This document shows, piece after piece, positions 36,236 through 46,123 of a stretch of DNA of 64,000 nt. How positions within the stretch are numbered: the stretch's first letter is position 1; each line of letters opens with the position of its first letter. A program made the translations under genes and the position numbers. Source of the stretch: a virus; IMG/VR virus record IMGVR_UViG_3300007513_000005; one strand, 5' to 3'. The notes beneath the pieces are model-generated. The model saw only the letters and a list, made by a program, of their open reading frames with translations. It was not told the DNA's origin and made no database searches.

Positions 36236-37040
36236 TCTCTAACTCCCGTACTAACCCTTGAATTTTTAGTACCTCGGTAATCATAACGTCGTCCACTTCC
36301 ATGTCCTTATATGACTCTAGCTTCAGCATGATTTCTCCGTATTTACCCTTCAAATCCTCAGATTTGAGAACCGTACTTGATTCAAAGTTCTTTAATTTTT
36401 CCTTCAATTCCGACACCTGGTCATTTAAGTATATCTTAAGTCCCAGCGAATTATCGGAAAAAGAAGCAATATAATTAGTCAACAATTCCTTTTGGTTGTC
36501 TGGGAGTTCTGAATATTTCTTATTAAAACTTTCCACAAATGTCTTATATGTCAAATTGTCGATGTGCTGCTTCTCTTCCTCCGTATTGGTGGTTGTTAGG
36601 GATTCGATCATCTTCTCCTCTAACAGCATCTTTTCCTTAATTGATGTTTTATCATTAAAGATATTATAAATCGTAGCAAGATTCTTATAGTTTGGTACAA
36701 AATTTCCAAATACTTCAGAAGATAATGTATAATTTATTTCCTTTATAAGTCTATTCTGACTCGAAAAAACATTCTGCTTTCCCAATGTTCCGTATCTCTG
36801 CTTCGCTTCACCCAACAAACCAACTGCCGTTTCTCTATCCAAATTTTTCGATTCAAGAACTTCTTTATAGATTGAAAGTTCTTCATTCAAAATACTACCT
36901 TTAGAAAAATGCTCTTTTATGATCTTCTTAACAAGAGACTGTCTAGCGGAATTCTTTTTTACAACCGATTTAACATACTCTCTGGTAAGTGCTTCAAATA
37001 AAAATGCAGTATTTCTCTTCTTGTTGTGTTTTAATCTCAT
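36228..37040 (-). CDS. Hypothetical helical protein downstream of portal (270 aa)
   Basis: KHNKKRNTAFLFEAL N-terminus; coupled to the portal stop (ATGA). Confidence 0.7.
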   Translation of the reverse strand: MRLKHNKKRNTAFLFEALTREYVKSVVKKNSARQSLVKKIIKEHFSKGSILNEELSIYKEVLESKNLDRETAVGLLGEAKQRYGTLGKQNVFSSQNRLIKEINYTLSSEVFGNFVPNYKNLATIYNIFNDKTSIKEKMLLEEKMIESLTTTNTEEEKQHIDNLTYKTFVESFNKKYSELPDNQKELLTNYIASFSDNSLGLKIYLNDQVSELKEKLKNFESSTVLKSEDLKGKYGEIMLKLESYKDMEVDDVMITEVLKIQGLVRELENA

Positions 37041-38986
37041 TTTTTGGTTTTCCTATTGTTTAGTTCTTCGATGAGGTCCGACACTTCCTTACTTCTCAAG
37101 AAGATCTTCTCCTCCTCTTTGATATAACTAGTAAGTTTAGACTCGGAAAGTCTCTGCTTATCTTCAGCAACGACGCCTCTAGATAAAGATTTTAACTTTT
37201 TATATCCAGGAACGGTCCTATAAGACTGTGTGCGGCCGCCAGTATCTCTCTGGTCCCTCTCTCCTGTTTCGGATTTTGTAACATGTATCTTGCCCTTGGC
37301 ACGTTTCCACTTTGCATCAGGAGTGTCTTCTCTTGATCCAGGTGCTGCCAATAGAGCACCAGCATCTTCACCACCCTCATCGCCTCCAAGATCTGCGCCC
37401 AAATCGTCGCCGCCTTCGAGTCCGCCAGTGGTATCAATTCCTTCGCCGCCTTCGCCGCCTGTGCCAAGGTCACCTCCGAGCATATCTTCCTCGCCACCAG
37501 CTGCGCCAGTGGCGTCTGCCTGGGCCTGTTCTGCAGCTGCCTCAAGGCGGGCGTCGAACTGCCTATCATAATACATCTGCCTCTGATTTTTGACAAACTC
37601 TTCCTCAGTCATGTTGAACAATCGAGAAGCAATCCACTGTCGACTAAAGAAACCTTCCGTTGCAGTACTTGCAACGTCGAACTTGGTCTTCCAGTGCTCC
37701 AATTCCTGCAGTTCTGCAATCTTAGATGGACTGTTGAGACTTAGTTTAAAATTAACAAGATCTTCGCCTCTGTACCCCAATGTATAAAGGTGAACAATTC
37801 CGATCTTTTCCAACTCTGTGACGATGGACCTTTGCAGTCTCTGCACTGTTCTAGCAAATCTAATGTCTTTTTGTGCAAGAGTTGTTGCGTCTTCTCCACC
37901 TGCAGCATCGGCATTCGTGTTGGAGATATATGATCCAGGCACCTTCAAGGCAGAAAATAACTTATCCCTCAAATATTTAACGTCATCAATGTCTCCCGTA
38001 TATGTACCACCTGGTAGACTTTCGACCTTCGAACTAGATCCAGCGCGGGTGGGGATGAAATAATCCTCATCAACAGACATTGGATTGTATCTAAGATCCA
38101 CTCGTCCCGTATTAGCATCCACAATTTGGTTTCGCTTCATCGAAGTCATAACTCGCTGCATGTATTGCTCGATGTCTTGAGGTGGAATGTTGCCCACATC
38201 AATATAAAATACTCTACGCTCTGGTGATCTGACTATTCGATATGCCATCATAGCATCTTCGAGAAGGGTCAGTTGTCTCCAAATACGTCGAGCAGGTTCG
38301 AGCACAGAAGTTCCATAAGGCGCATACTTGTCATTACCCAAGATACGGAAATGTCCTATTTGCCAATTTTCAAACGTCAATCCAGCGGAATTCCACTGAA
38401 ACTGGCAATAGTTTGGATTAGTCTTATCTTCACCCTCTAGTCTTTCAAGTTCTTGCCCAGGAAGACCAATAACGCTCTTGATTCCAAGCGTTTCGTCAAT
38501 ATCCAAGTATAAGAAAAAGTCACCATACTTCACCATGGTTCTGCACCACCCAAAGATATTGTATTCAAGATTCATTATACTGAAATATAACGCTGACAAG
38601 ATTCCCTTAATTTCCTCGTTGTTGCAATCGATTTTCATCAAAGGTTGTAATGCACTGTGGGTGGTCATCTCATCTGCATATATATCTAACGCAGATGCAA
38701 TTTCAGGTGTGTATTCCATCTGATCGAAATCTACGCACCTTTCCAATCTATTCTGATTATTCTGAGCACTACCATACAATCCAGCAAATGGGTTGTAATC
38801 CATTCTCTTAAACTGTTTGCCACTCGTAGATAGGAACTTGTTGGCGTATTTGTCCAGCTGTCGCCTGCGTAATCTTCTTGCAGTTTGTGTTCTGTAGTTT
38901 ACAATTGGCCCAGATAACAATCTTGTCAGTTTTTTAAACAAACTATTCTGATCGTTCTTAGGGTTTATCTTTCTTCCGCCTGCCAT
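37037..38986 (-). CDS. Portal protein (T4 gp20-like) with a long acidic Gly-rich C-terminal tail
   Basis: QLTLLEDAMMAYRIVRSPERRVFYIDVGNIPP, EDYFIPTRAG...VESLPGG, IDDVKYLRDKLFSALKVP. Confidence 0.95.
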   Translation of the reverse strand: MAGGRKINPKNDQNSLFKKLTRLLSGPIVNYRTQTARRLRRRQLDKYANKFLSTSGKQFKRMDYNPFAGLYGSAQNNQNRLERCVDFDQMEYTPEIASALDIYADEMTTHSALQPLMKIDCNNEEIKGILSALYFSIMNLEYNIFGWCRTMVKYGDFFLYLDIDETLGIKSVIGLPGQELERLEGEDKTNPNYCQFQWNSAGLTFENWQIGHFRILGNDKYAPYGTSVLEPARRIWRQLTLLEDAMMAYRIVRSPERRVFYIDVGNIPPQDIEQYMQRVMTSMKRNQIVDANTGRVDLRYNPMSVDEDYFIPTRAGSSSKVESLPGGTYTGDIDDVKYLRDKLFSALKVPGSYISNTNADAAGGEDATTLAQKDIRFARTVQRLQRSIVTELEKIGIVHLYTLGYRGEDLVNFKLSLNSPSKIAELQELEHWKTKFDVASTATEGFFSRQWIASRLFNMTEEEFVKNQRQMYYDRQFDARLEAAAEQAQADATGAAGGEEDMLGGDLGTGGEGGEGIDTTGGLEGGDDLGADLGGDEGGEDAGALLAAPGSREDTPDAKWKRAKGKIHVTKSETGERDQRDTGGRTQSYRTVPGYKKLKSLSRGVVAEDKQRLSESKLTSYIKEEEKIFLRSKEVSDLIEELNNRKTKK

Positions 38987-38991
38987 TATTT

Positions 38992-40578
38992 TTATCCTTT
39001 AAACAACCAAGGGAATTGCTCGTATGTCTGGTCGTGTTTTCTCTTTTTCTCGAAGACACTATCGCCATCATACCCGTGCATGCCCTTTATGGTTGTGTTC
39101 ATATTAGTTTTTGCTGACACCATTGTAGCAAGAAATGCCTTATTATATTCTATATTTCTCTTATTTTCAATCAAGGCCGTATCCCTAACCCAACAACCAA
39201 TTGCGCATGCCATAATTAAGTCATCATTATAAGATCGCATAGCTTCTGGTCGTCCGTTATTCCAAATAAAAGTTTTCATCTCATTATATAAACGAGGCGA
39301 ATTTATGGTAATTAGTCCATTTCTTACAAATTCTTCCAACTTTGCCACAATCAAAGGTCTCGTTTTTTGACTGGTTGTGAATCCAGGCACTGCGTTGGTA
39401 GCTGCTTCGGCAGTAACTTGATCGACATATTCGTGAGTTGACTTAATTGAGTGATATACATTAGGGTAATTCATATCTCTTAATTTGCCCAAAACAGCAA
39501 ATCCAACCGTATTGTTTTCGACCACGATCATGCAGTCTCCATACTCCCGTCCCGCATCAAAGAGTATTTTAGAAAACAGATCTGGAGTCACTCTTCCTTG
39601 ATATTCCGCAACAATCTCCATTGTGAGCGTATTGAATACGTGAAAAACCGAATAGTCCTTACCATCACCCCTTGCTACGTCAGCACTTAACAGATACGGT
39701 ACGCCTGATTCAGCTTCTTTCCAAATCCAATAATTTCTATCGAACCCTGTCCTGTATTTTGGATCATGAACAAAATTCGATAACATCTTCATTTTATCTG
39801 GATGGAATACAGTTTCGCCCGACATATTAAAATTACACTCCAATTCCTGTGCAATCTGGCGGCGAGACATGTTCTTTGTCTCCTTATCGAACCATTCCTG
39901 ATCCCTGTCAGGATGGACCTGCCATGGGAGTGTCATTGGCATAAAATCATTAGAGTTGGTCTCTGCATCGGTGAATGTCTTATGAAACCAGTTACCGACG
40001 CCATTAGGTGTAGACAGTGCTATACAGCGACCACCAGTTGAAAGAGTGGGGTATAAACCAGTCCACAACTCATCCAAACCCTCTACGTGCGCTGCTTCGT
40101 CTACAACCAACAAGGACAATGCTTCTGAACGACCTGCATCGCCCGAAGTGGACGATGCTTTAATTTGCGATCCGTTAGTTAATTCAAACGAAGTTCTATT
40201 GTCGATCGATACATCCGAGATACGGATCCATTCTGGACAATTTCGCAATATAGATTTCACCTTCTTTACAAGGTTTGCAGCGGTACCGAACTTAGTCGCT
40301 AACACTAAAACATTCTTTTCTTTGTGAAAGAGCATCAACCAAACAACATATGCCGCCGTTACCGTAGAAAGACCCAGCTGGCGTGCCTTCAAGACGATAT
40401 TAAAGCGATTATCCTGAAAGTTCTTTAATGCGTCTTTCTGAAATGGGTAAGTCTTAAACGGTATAAGACCCTTAAGAGGGTGGGTGATCTTTGCATAATT
40501 TGTTATGAAATAGTCTGGGTCTCTCCCTGATTTAACTATTTCTCTCATGATCTCTTTCTTGGAGAGAACTTGCTTCAT
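38992..40578 (-). CDS. terL: Terminase large subunit (gp17-like)
   Basis: LKARQLGLST Walker A, LLVVDEAAH Walker B, STPNG, ADVARGDGKDYS, VVENN, NDDLIMA nuclease motifs; no intein. Confidence 0.95.
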   Translation of the reverse strand: MKQVLSKKEIMREIVKSGRDPDYFITNYAKITHPLKGLIPFKTYPFQKDALKNFQDNRFNIVLKARQLGLSTVTAAYVVWLMLFHKEKNVLVLATKFGTAANLVKKVKSILRNCPEWIRISDVSIDNRTSFELTNGSQIKASSTSGDAGRSEALSLLVVDEAAHVEGLDELWTGLYPTLSTGGRCIALSTPNGVGNWFHKTFTDAETNSNDFMPMTLPWQVHPDRDQEWFDKETKNMSRRQIAQELECNFNMSGETVFHPDKMKMLSNFVHDPKYRTGFDRNYWIWKEAESGVPYLLSADVARGDGKDYSVFHVFNTLTMEIVAEYQGRVTPDLFSKILFDAGREYGDCMIVVENNTVGFAVLGKLRDMNYPNVYHSIKSTHEYVDQVTAEAATNAVPGFTTSQKTRPLIVAKLEEFVRNGLITINSPRLYNEMKTFIWNNGRPEAMRSYNDDLIMACAIGCWVRDTALIENKRNIEYNKAFLATMVSAKTNMNTTIKGMHGYDGDSVFEKKRKHDQTYEQFPWLFKG

Positions 40579-40853
40579 TTAAGATCTAGTGCCTCACATG
40601 CTGCTTCAAAACTCTGCAAACTAGATTCATTTGAACACTCCTCGGTCTCAAGGATCCAACAAAAGGCACCTGTGTCACCTTCCTCAAAACACTCATCTGT
40701 ACATTTCTGTCCGTGATGGTCTGGGTTTTCTGGGTTGTGACAAACCCAAACGAGTTCGTTATATACCTCTTCCCGCTCAGGGTGTGCACACTCTACGTTA
40801 GAATCCAATTGACATGCCATAAGAAAGGGAACTAAAACAAAAAGAAGTCTCAT
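40575..40853 (-). CDS. Cys-rich predicted lipoprotein
   Basis: MRLLFVLVPFLMA-C lipobox-like signal; seven further Cys residues. Confidence 0.55.
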   Translation of the reverse strand: MRLLFVLVPFLMACQLDSNVECAHPEREEVYNELVWVCHNPENPDHHGQKCTDECFEEGDTGAFCWILETEECSNESSLQSFEAACEALDLK

Positions 40854-41401
40854 TACTTCCCCCTGTTGCTAAAACTGTACGCCTTGAAAGCCTCATATGG
40901 GTCAGACTTTCTCTTGTCGTTGGGTGTCTTCTTTGCTTCTGGCGTTGATGGGATGTCCAACCCTGGTCTATCAGGTTTTTGTTCTTCAATGCTACCAATC
41001 TTGAATTTTTGGACCGCTGTAACAAGAGTTCTCACTCTCGATACGGGTTGTACAAGAACATTTACTTCACCTTCAGAAGTAAGAGTGAGTCCGCTCTTAG
41101 TCAGAGACTTGTACTCTTTCTTGATGAATGTTGCGATATCGGAAATCTTACCAGACACGTCATTCTCCAAAGATCCACCATAAACTTCCTTAAGTTTAAT
41201 TTCGCTTGAATAGGTGATACACAACTTGTTGCCTTCGAATTTAACCCCAAACCCATCAATAACTCTTGGATCCAGGATTGGGTCACCCTCTTCTCTCTTC
41301 AGTCCAATTTTGACTAGTTCGTCGTTTTCATCCAATGCTCCATCGTGCCCTTTTGCAAGGACTTGTGAAATACCATTAATAATTTCAAGTGTTGTTGCCA
41401 T
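40853..41401 (-). CDS. Hypothetical protein (182 aa)
   Basis: AGGAG SD; coupled to the next gene. Confidence 0.7.
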   Translation of the reverse strand: MATTLEIINGISQVLAKGHDGALDENDELVKIGLKREEGDPILDPRVIDGFGVKFEGNKLCITYSSEIKLKEVYGGSLENDVSGKISDIATFIKKEYKSLTKSGLTLTSEGEVNVLVQPVSRVRTLVTAVQKFKIGSIEEQKPDRPGLDIPSTPEAKKTPNDKRKSDPYEAFKAYSFSNRGK

Positions 41402-41789
41402 TTATTTGCTCCTTTGACGGACGCCAACCAGATTCCCATCTTTCTTCTCTACCTTCGACCCACTGTATATAACAATCAAAACAACATTCAAATTTTGCCA
41501 TGTACAGGTCGTCTTTAATAGAAAAAGAATAAGAACTACAGACTGGACATTCTCGTTCGTTTTCTTTACTAAGTAGTTTTTTGCTTATCAAAAATCCTTT
41601 GTACTTTTCTTTAGAGTTTTTGGCCTGTCTGAAGGCGATCCTTTTATAAAACTCCTTCACTTCTTCAGAGTGTTTCTTTTCCTTTTCTGGAGTCCAATAT
41701 TTCTTGGGGTTTTCGATTGTCTCTTCACCCCAGCGCTTTTCAATCGCCTTCTCCAGTTTCACTACAAAGTGTGGATCCTTTTCACTCAT
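41385..41789 (-). CDS. Hypothetical protein with zinc-finger-like CPVC...CCFDC
   Basis: Start moved to MSEKDP (ATG 41789, TAATG coupling with the upstream stop). Confidence 0.65.
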   Translation of the reverse strand: MSEKDPHFVVKLEKAIEKRWGEETIENPKKYWTPEKEKKHSEEVKEFYKRIAFRQAKNSKEKYKGFLISKKLLSKENERECPVCSSYSFSIKDDLYMAKFECCFDCYIQWVEGREERWESGWRPSKEQINGNNT

Positions 41790-42232
41790 TACTTCACCAT
41801 GACAGACCAAATACTCAATACCGTTGTGGCACCAATAACAAAACCACCTGCGGTCCAGAGGTACCAATAGTTATTCGGTTTCTCTAGTGCTACCTCTTCT
41901 AATCTCTTGATTTCTTCGTTTTTTATTTTCATCATAGAAAGATGCTCGCTGTGTACAGAGGCAACTCTCGCCTGTAAAATATCAAGATTAAGTTTATACC
42001 TTGCGCCCAGTTCTTCTGATAGTTTATCCAACTTCAGTTTGCATCGCTCACCCTCTAGTTCCTTGTCGGCGACGATCTTTGCCATAGCAGTATCAGTGAG
42101 ACACCACCCATCATATGGCGCGGGTTCACCTTCATAAATCCTCAAAACACTAGGTCCAGCAATAGCGGTAGACCCAAAACTAATCAAGGTCAGATAGATT
42201 AAAAAGTTTCTCAATTTTCTCCCTAACTGCAT
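41789..42232 (-). CDS. Exported coiled-coil protein with C-terminal membrane anchor (spanin-like candidate)
   Basis: Signal peptide ending AIA-G, helical middle, C-terminal WYLWTAGGFVIGATTVLSIW. Start uncertain. Confidence 0.45.
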   Translation of the reverse strand: MQLGRKLRNFLIYLTLISFGSTAIAGPSVLRIYEGEPAPYDGWCLTDTAMAKIVADKELEGERCKLKLDKLSEELGARYKLNLDILQARVASVHSEHLSMMKIKNEEIKRLEEVALEKPNNYWYLWTAGGFVIGATTVLSIWSVMVK

Positions 42233-42566
42233 CCGGCTCTCCATTTGTCTCTTCAACAATTTTCTTAACTCTCTCTTTTTCTTTCTTTGATAGTGCTAAA
42301 GATTTCTGTGCGTACTTCTTCTCTAACTCTTCTATTGTAACATGATACTGTTTAACAAGTTTGTCTCTTTTTGATAATTCTTTCTTGTGGTTCTCTTTTA
42401 GAGAAACAATTTGTTTGTCATAGGAATCCTTCTTAGCTTCAAGCACATCCATCGCTGCTTCGGCATTCTTTCTAGATATAGCCCAAACAATAATAGACCA
42501 TATAACTAAAAAGGGAATCTTCCAGTTTTCCCTTAACCAGATCCATGCTAATTTTATGTGAAACAT
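42180..42566 (-). CDS. Type II membrane coiled-coil protein (i-spanin-like candidate)
   Basis: N-terminal TM segment (IPFLVIWSIIVWAI) followed by a long charged helix; overlaps the next gene. Confidence 0.5.
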   Translation of the reverse strand: MFHIKLAWIWLRENWKIPFLVIWSIIVWAISRKNAEAAMDVLEAKKDSYDKQIVSLKENHKKELSKRDKLVKQYHVTIEELEKKYAQKSLALSKKEKERVKKIVEETNGEPDAVREKIEKLFNLSDLD

Positions 42567-42571
42567 TTTGG

Positions 42572-42772
42572 TTATTTCTTCTTACCGTGCTTCCATTGTG
42601 TTGCTAAATCAACTAAAGCCTGAGAACCAATATAGGCAAGAGTTACTGCTACCCAATCACTCGAAGTCACCGTACCGTAAACACACAAACTGGTTGCCGT
42701 AATCCAGGCAAGGAACTTGCGAGATATGAATCGCTCTGTATATTTGTCAGCAAATGATTTTAGTGCTGCCAT
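42572..42772 (-). CDS. Small two-TM holin-like protein (66 aa)
   Basis: SRKFLAWITAT...DWVAVTLAYIGSQALVD; AAGGAGG SD 8 nt before ATG 42772. Confidence 0.55.
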   Translation of the reverse strand: MAALKSFADKYTERFISRKFLAWITATSLCVYGTVTSSDWVAVTLAYIGSQALVDLATQWKHGKKK

Positions 42773-42785
42773 AATATTATCCTCC

Positions 42786-45700
42786 TTAGACGCTGACATG
42801 TGCAAATCCTCTTTTCTTGTCAATAACGATCTGCGTATCCACTGCGTCTTTAAGAGTATCTAGGTGCGAAATGAGTATAACGGTCTTAAAATATGACTTC
42901 ACCATATCGATAATTCTTACAAATCCCTCCATATTATCCTCATCTAAGGCGGTTCCTGGTTCGTCCAAAATGAAGATATCTGGCTTCGGAAGACTTGATA
43001 CAGACAACAAAGATAACCTTATGGCCATTGAAGCAATCGTCTTCTCGGCACCTGAACCCATCTCTAATGGTCTGGGTTCAAACTTGGGGTGTTTAATGAA
43101 AATATCCAACTTCTTTTCTTCGTTAAGAATAAACACTTCAAAGTCAACAATACCTGTTAAAATCTTTGCAATCTCATCATTGATGACTGGTAGTCTGTTC
43201 TTAATTACGTCGTAAGAAATACCATTTGTGTGGAAACATGTCATGAAAAGTTCGTACGCCGCAAACTCAGTTCGCAATGACTCCAACTCTTCCTTGTCTT
43301 CTTGCAAGTTCTTTATTTGCTGCTCTGCAGAACCCACCTCTCTGAAGAGATTGTTTGTCTCCTTTTGGCAAGACTTGCATTCTCTACTTGCCTTGCTGGC
43401 TTCTTTTTCTAGTCTTGTCTTTTCACTAATCAGTTCCTCCAGGTTCTCAATTGCTTCCCTGTTGTCTTCGTATTCTTTAAGTTTCAATTCCAGTTTTTCT
43501 AAAATCGTTTTTTGTTTAAACAATTCACCCTTGTTCTTATCAACATTCAGCTGAGCGCTGGTAATATCTGACGACAGATTGTTTCTCTTCTCAATCAGTT
43601 GATCAAACTTCTCAACATATTCCATCACCTTAAAAGGATCTAGGGATAAAGTATCCTCCCCCAACTTGTTGAGTTTAGCGCTAATGTCCCTCATTACGTT
43701 AGATTTAACCTTTACCAGTCCCGTAGCCTCGTGTGCATCTCTTATAAACTTGCACTCTGGAAAGGAATCTCCACAAGGAACTTCAGATAATAGATCCGTC
43801 TTTCTCATCAATCTAGATTTTTCGTTAGATCTTTTCTCAAGATCTTCCAACAAAACGTCGATTTGTTTCTGGTTTGCGTCTAACCGCTCTTTCTTTTCGT
43901 GATAAGTATCGATGTCAAAGTCCGAGATAAAGACTTCGATCTTTTGAAACTTGTCTTTGCCTTCCTCGATCTTAATAAGGAGTCCTTCTGTCTCTTTTTT
44001 AAGGCCCGAAATAGCATTAATCCTGGTCTCTCTTTCCATTCTAATTTTGACGGGATCGATAATCTCTGTCGGTGCAGATTCAATCTTGTCCTGAATAATA
44101 TTGACTTCCTTCTGGATGCTCTGGGTTTGTTCTTCCAGTTCTTTGCATCGTTTTTGATTTGTCGCAAGTCTCTCATTCTTTTCGACCAAGACTTGGTTTG
44201 CCTCTTCAATTTGTTGATCAAAATCATTTCCCTCCAATCTTCGCAACGCGCCTCTGGTGTCAGCAGATTCGTCTTTTGCCATTTTAAATTTTCTATCAAA
44301 TACCTCTAAGTCTAAAAATTTAGCAAGTATTTCTTTTCTTTTTGTTGACCCCTCATTAATAAAAGTCAGAGAATCCAACTGAGATGCCATGGATGTCATC
44401 AAGAAATCTTCCAAGTTACCAAAATATTTTCTGATGTTCTTATCTGTATCTTGTCTAGATGTACCATTTAAACTTTCAACATTTCCAATTGCATCACTGG
44501 AATAGAAGTTCACATCTGTCTTAGCTTCTTCTGTCTCGATGCCTTTAAGTTTTTTAATGTACTTTTCAGACACACGTTCAATGCTCAACTCTTTATCGGC
44601 AATCTTAATTGTTGCCTTGGCAGATCCAACATCCATATTCTGATTGATCATGTTCAAATTTTTTCTGACAGATTTGGATGTAGAATTATATACAGCATAC
44701 AACAAACTATCAATAATAGAAGACTTGCCTGAGAAGTTCTTTCCGAAAATGCCTACGATACCTTCAAGCTTTGCAAAGTCTATCTTATTGTTCGCACCAT
44801 AATTGAAAAGACCATCCCACTCCAGAGACTGCATACTCCAGTTGATGTTTCTATAAACCTCCTCTGTGTCTTCAATTGTCTTGTTTAATCTAGAATTAAG
44901 GGAGATGACCTTTTCCATAACGTCATCTGTAACCTCATAATCCTCAAGATATTCTCTTATTAATTGATTTTGAACATTTATATTTCTCAAATCCTTTTGC
45001 TTGGATGCATCACTATCAACATCCAGTGCCTTACTTGCAGCACGATTTAAATAAGTTATACTCTCTGGTCTGTATTTAAACTTTGCGACGTCGACACTTC
45101 GTCGCATCACATCAAGCGAAATATTCGAATCTGCTACCAAACGTAGTCTGGACCCTTCCGAAACATCAATTTCTGGTAGTGTACCGTCCTTGTTCAGTGC
45201 GACTGTAACAAATGGTTTTGGATTTTTGAACGTTATTAACTTACAAGTAAAGTCATCCTTGTTCTCAATATCCCACAACAAATACCCTTTGTCCAGTGTT
45301 TCTCCGAAGTTTTGTTGGACTGTTGATCCAGCATATCGTATACGCCCCTGAGTGTCTAGGATTTGCGTCTTGTGGATATCGCCAAGAAAAGCAAAGTCAA
45401 ACTTATTAAAGATGCTAATATCATGATCACCTCCCAGGGTCCAATTCAAATCTGTCTTGGACCTGTCAATGGCACCGTGATAAAGTGCAATATTAACTAT
45501 ATCTTCATTTGTTGGATCAATCCAATTTTCTTCATCGAACACCGATAAAACATTCAAGCAAAACCCGCCTTCTAAGCGATGTTCTTGAGCGTCTTTGAGT
45601 AACACTATACGTTCGTTGTTTAACGCCTTCACAATGGGCGATATCGCATCCTGACGACTACTATTTTTCAGGTTTCCGTCGTGGTTTCCCAAAATTATAT

Positions 45701-45920
45701 AAGTTGGTGCGATTTTAGCAAGATTTTCAAAGAAATCTCTTGCCATGTCAACAAACTCTGGAGATATCTGCGTCTTGGTGTGTGCAATATCTCCACAATG
45801 AATAATATAGTCCACCTTCTCTTTTTTCAGAGAATCATATAATTGCTTAAATACTTCATTATATTCAAAGTGGAACTTAAGGTTGCGGATATGTGTATCC
45901 GCAATGTGAGCAAACTTCAT
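42786..45920 (-). CDS. Fused Mre11/SbcD (gp47) nuclease and Rad50/SbcC (gp46) ATPase
   Basis: HIADTH, HCGDIAH, GNHD and GDIH metallophosphoesterase motifs, then GKNFSGKSS Walker A, coiled coil, MGSGAEK signature, FILDEP Walker B and ISH in one 1044-aa ORF. Confidence 0.9.
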   Translation of the reverse strand: MKFAHIADTHIRNLKFHFEYNEVFKQLYDSLKKEKVDYIIHCGDIAHTKTQISPEFVDMARDFFENLAKIAPTYIILGNHDGNLKNSSRQDAISPIVKALNNERIVLLKDAQEHRLEGGFCLNVLSVFDEENWIDPTNEDIVNIALYHGAIDRSKTDLNWTLGGDHDISIFNKFDFAFLGDIHKTQILDTQGRIRYAGSTVQQNFGETLDKGYLLWDIENKDDFTCKLITFKNPKPFVTVALNKDGTLPEIDVSEGSRLRLVADSNISLDVMRRSVDVAKFKYRPESITYLNRAASKALDVDSDASKQKDLRNINVQNQLIREYLEDYEVTDDVMEKVISLNSRLNKTIEDTEEVYRNINWSMQSLEWDGLFNYGANNKIDFAKLEGIVGIFGKNFSGKSSIIDSLLYAVYNSTSKSVRKNLNMINQNMDVGSAKATIKIADKELSIERVSEKYIKKLKGIETEEAKTDVNFYSSDAIGNVESLNGTSRQDTDKNIRKYFGNLEDFLMTSMASQLDSLTFINEGSTKRKEILAKFLDLEVFDRKFKMAKDESADTRGALRRLEGNDFDQQIEEANQVLVEKNERLATNQKRCKELEEQTQSIQKEVNIIQDKIESAPTEIIDPVKIRMERETRINAISGLKKETEGLLIKIEEGKDKFQKIEVFISDFDIDTYHEKKERLDANQKQIDVLLEDLEKRSNEKSRLMRKTDLLSEVPCGDSFPECKFIRDAHEATGLVKVKSNVMRDISAKLNKLGEDTLSLDPFKVMEYVEKFDQLIEKRNNLSSDITSAQLNVDKNKGELFKQKTILEKLELKLKEYEDNREAIENLEELISEKTRLEKEASKASRECKSCQKETNNLFREVGSAEQQIKNLQEDKEELESLRTEFAAYELFMTCFHTNGISYDVIKNRLPVINDEIAKILTGIVDFEVFILNEEKKLDIFIKHPKFEPRPLEMGSGAEKTIASMAIRLSLLSVSSLPKPDIFILDEPGTALDEDNMEGFVRIIDMVKSYFKTVILISHLDTLKDAVDTQIVIDKKRGFAHVSV

Positions 45921-45931
45921 CTAAACTCCGA

Positions 45932-46120
45932 TTAAATGTTTACGTTTTCGTTAATGTGGGTGAATAGTCTCTCTAAGAAGTTGATCTTCTGATTTTCGTT
46001 TAATTTTTCAAACTGTTTAATTGTTTCTTCCGCCATGGAAAAACCTTCAGCACTAGTATCGAAGGATCTCTCGATCTCCTCGCTAATTAATGATTTTAAC
46101 TTTTTCTTATCAATAAGCAT
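45932..46120 (-). CDS. Small hypothetical protein (62 aa)
   Basis: MLIDKKKLKSLISEE N-terminus; GGAGG SD. Confidence 0.6.
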   Translation of the reverse strand: MLIDKKKLKSLISEEIERSFDTSAEGFSMAEETIKQFEKLNENQKINFLERLFTHINENVNI

Positions 46121-46123
46121 AAT

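Noticed and set aside
30048-40578. Introns, inteins or homing endonucleases in terminase, portal or capsid genes
   Set aside because: Lengths and motif spacing are continuous, with no LAGLIDADG/HNH/intein termini seen. The MCP insertion is Ser/Gly/Thr-rich and looks like a surface domain.
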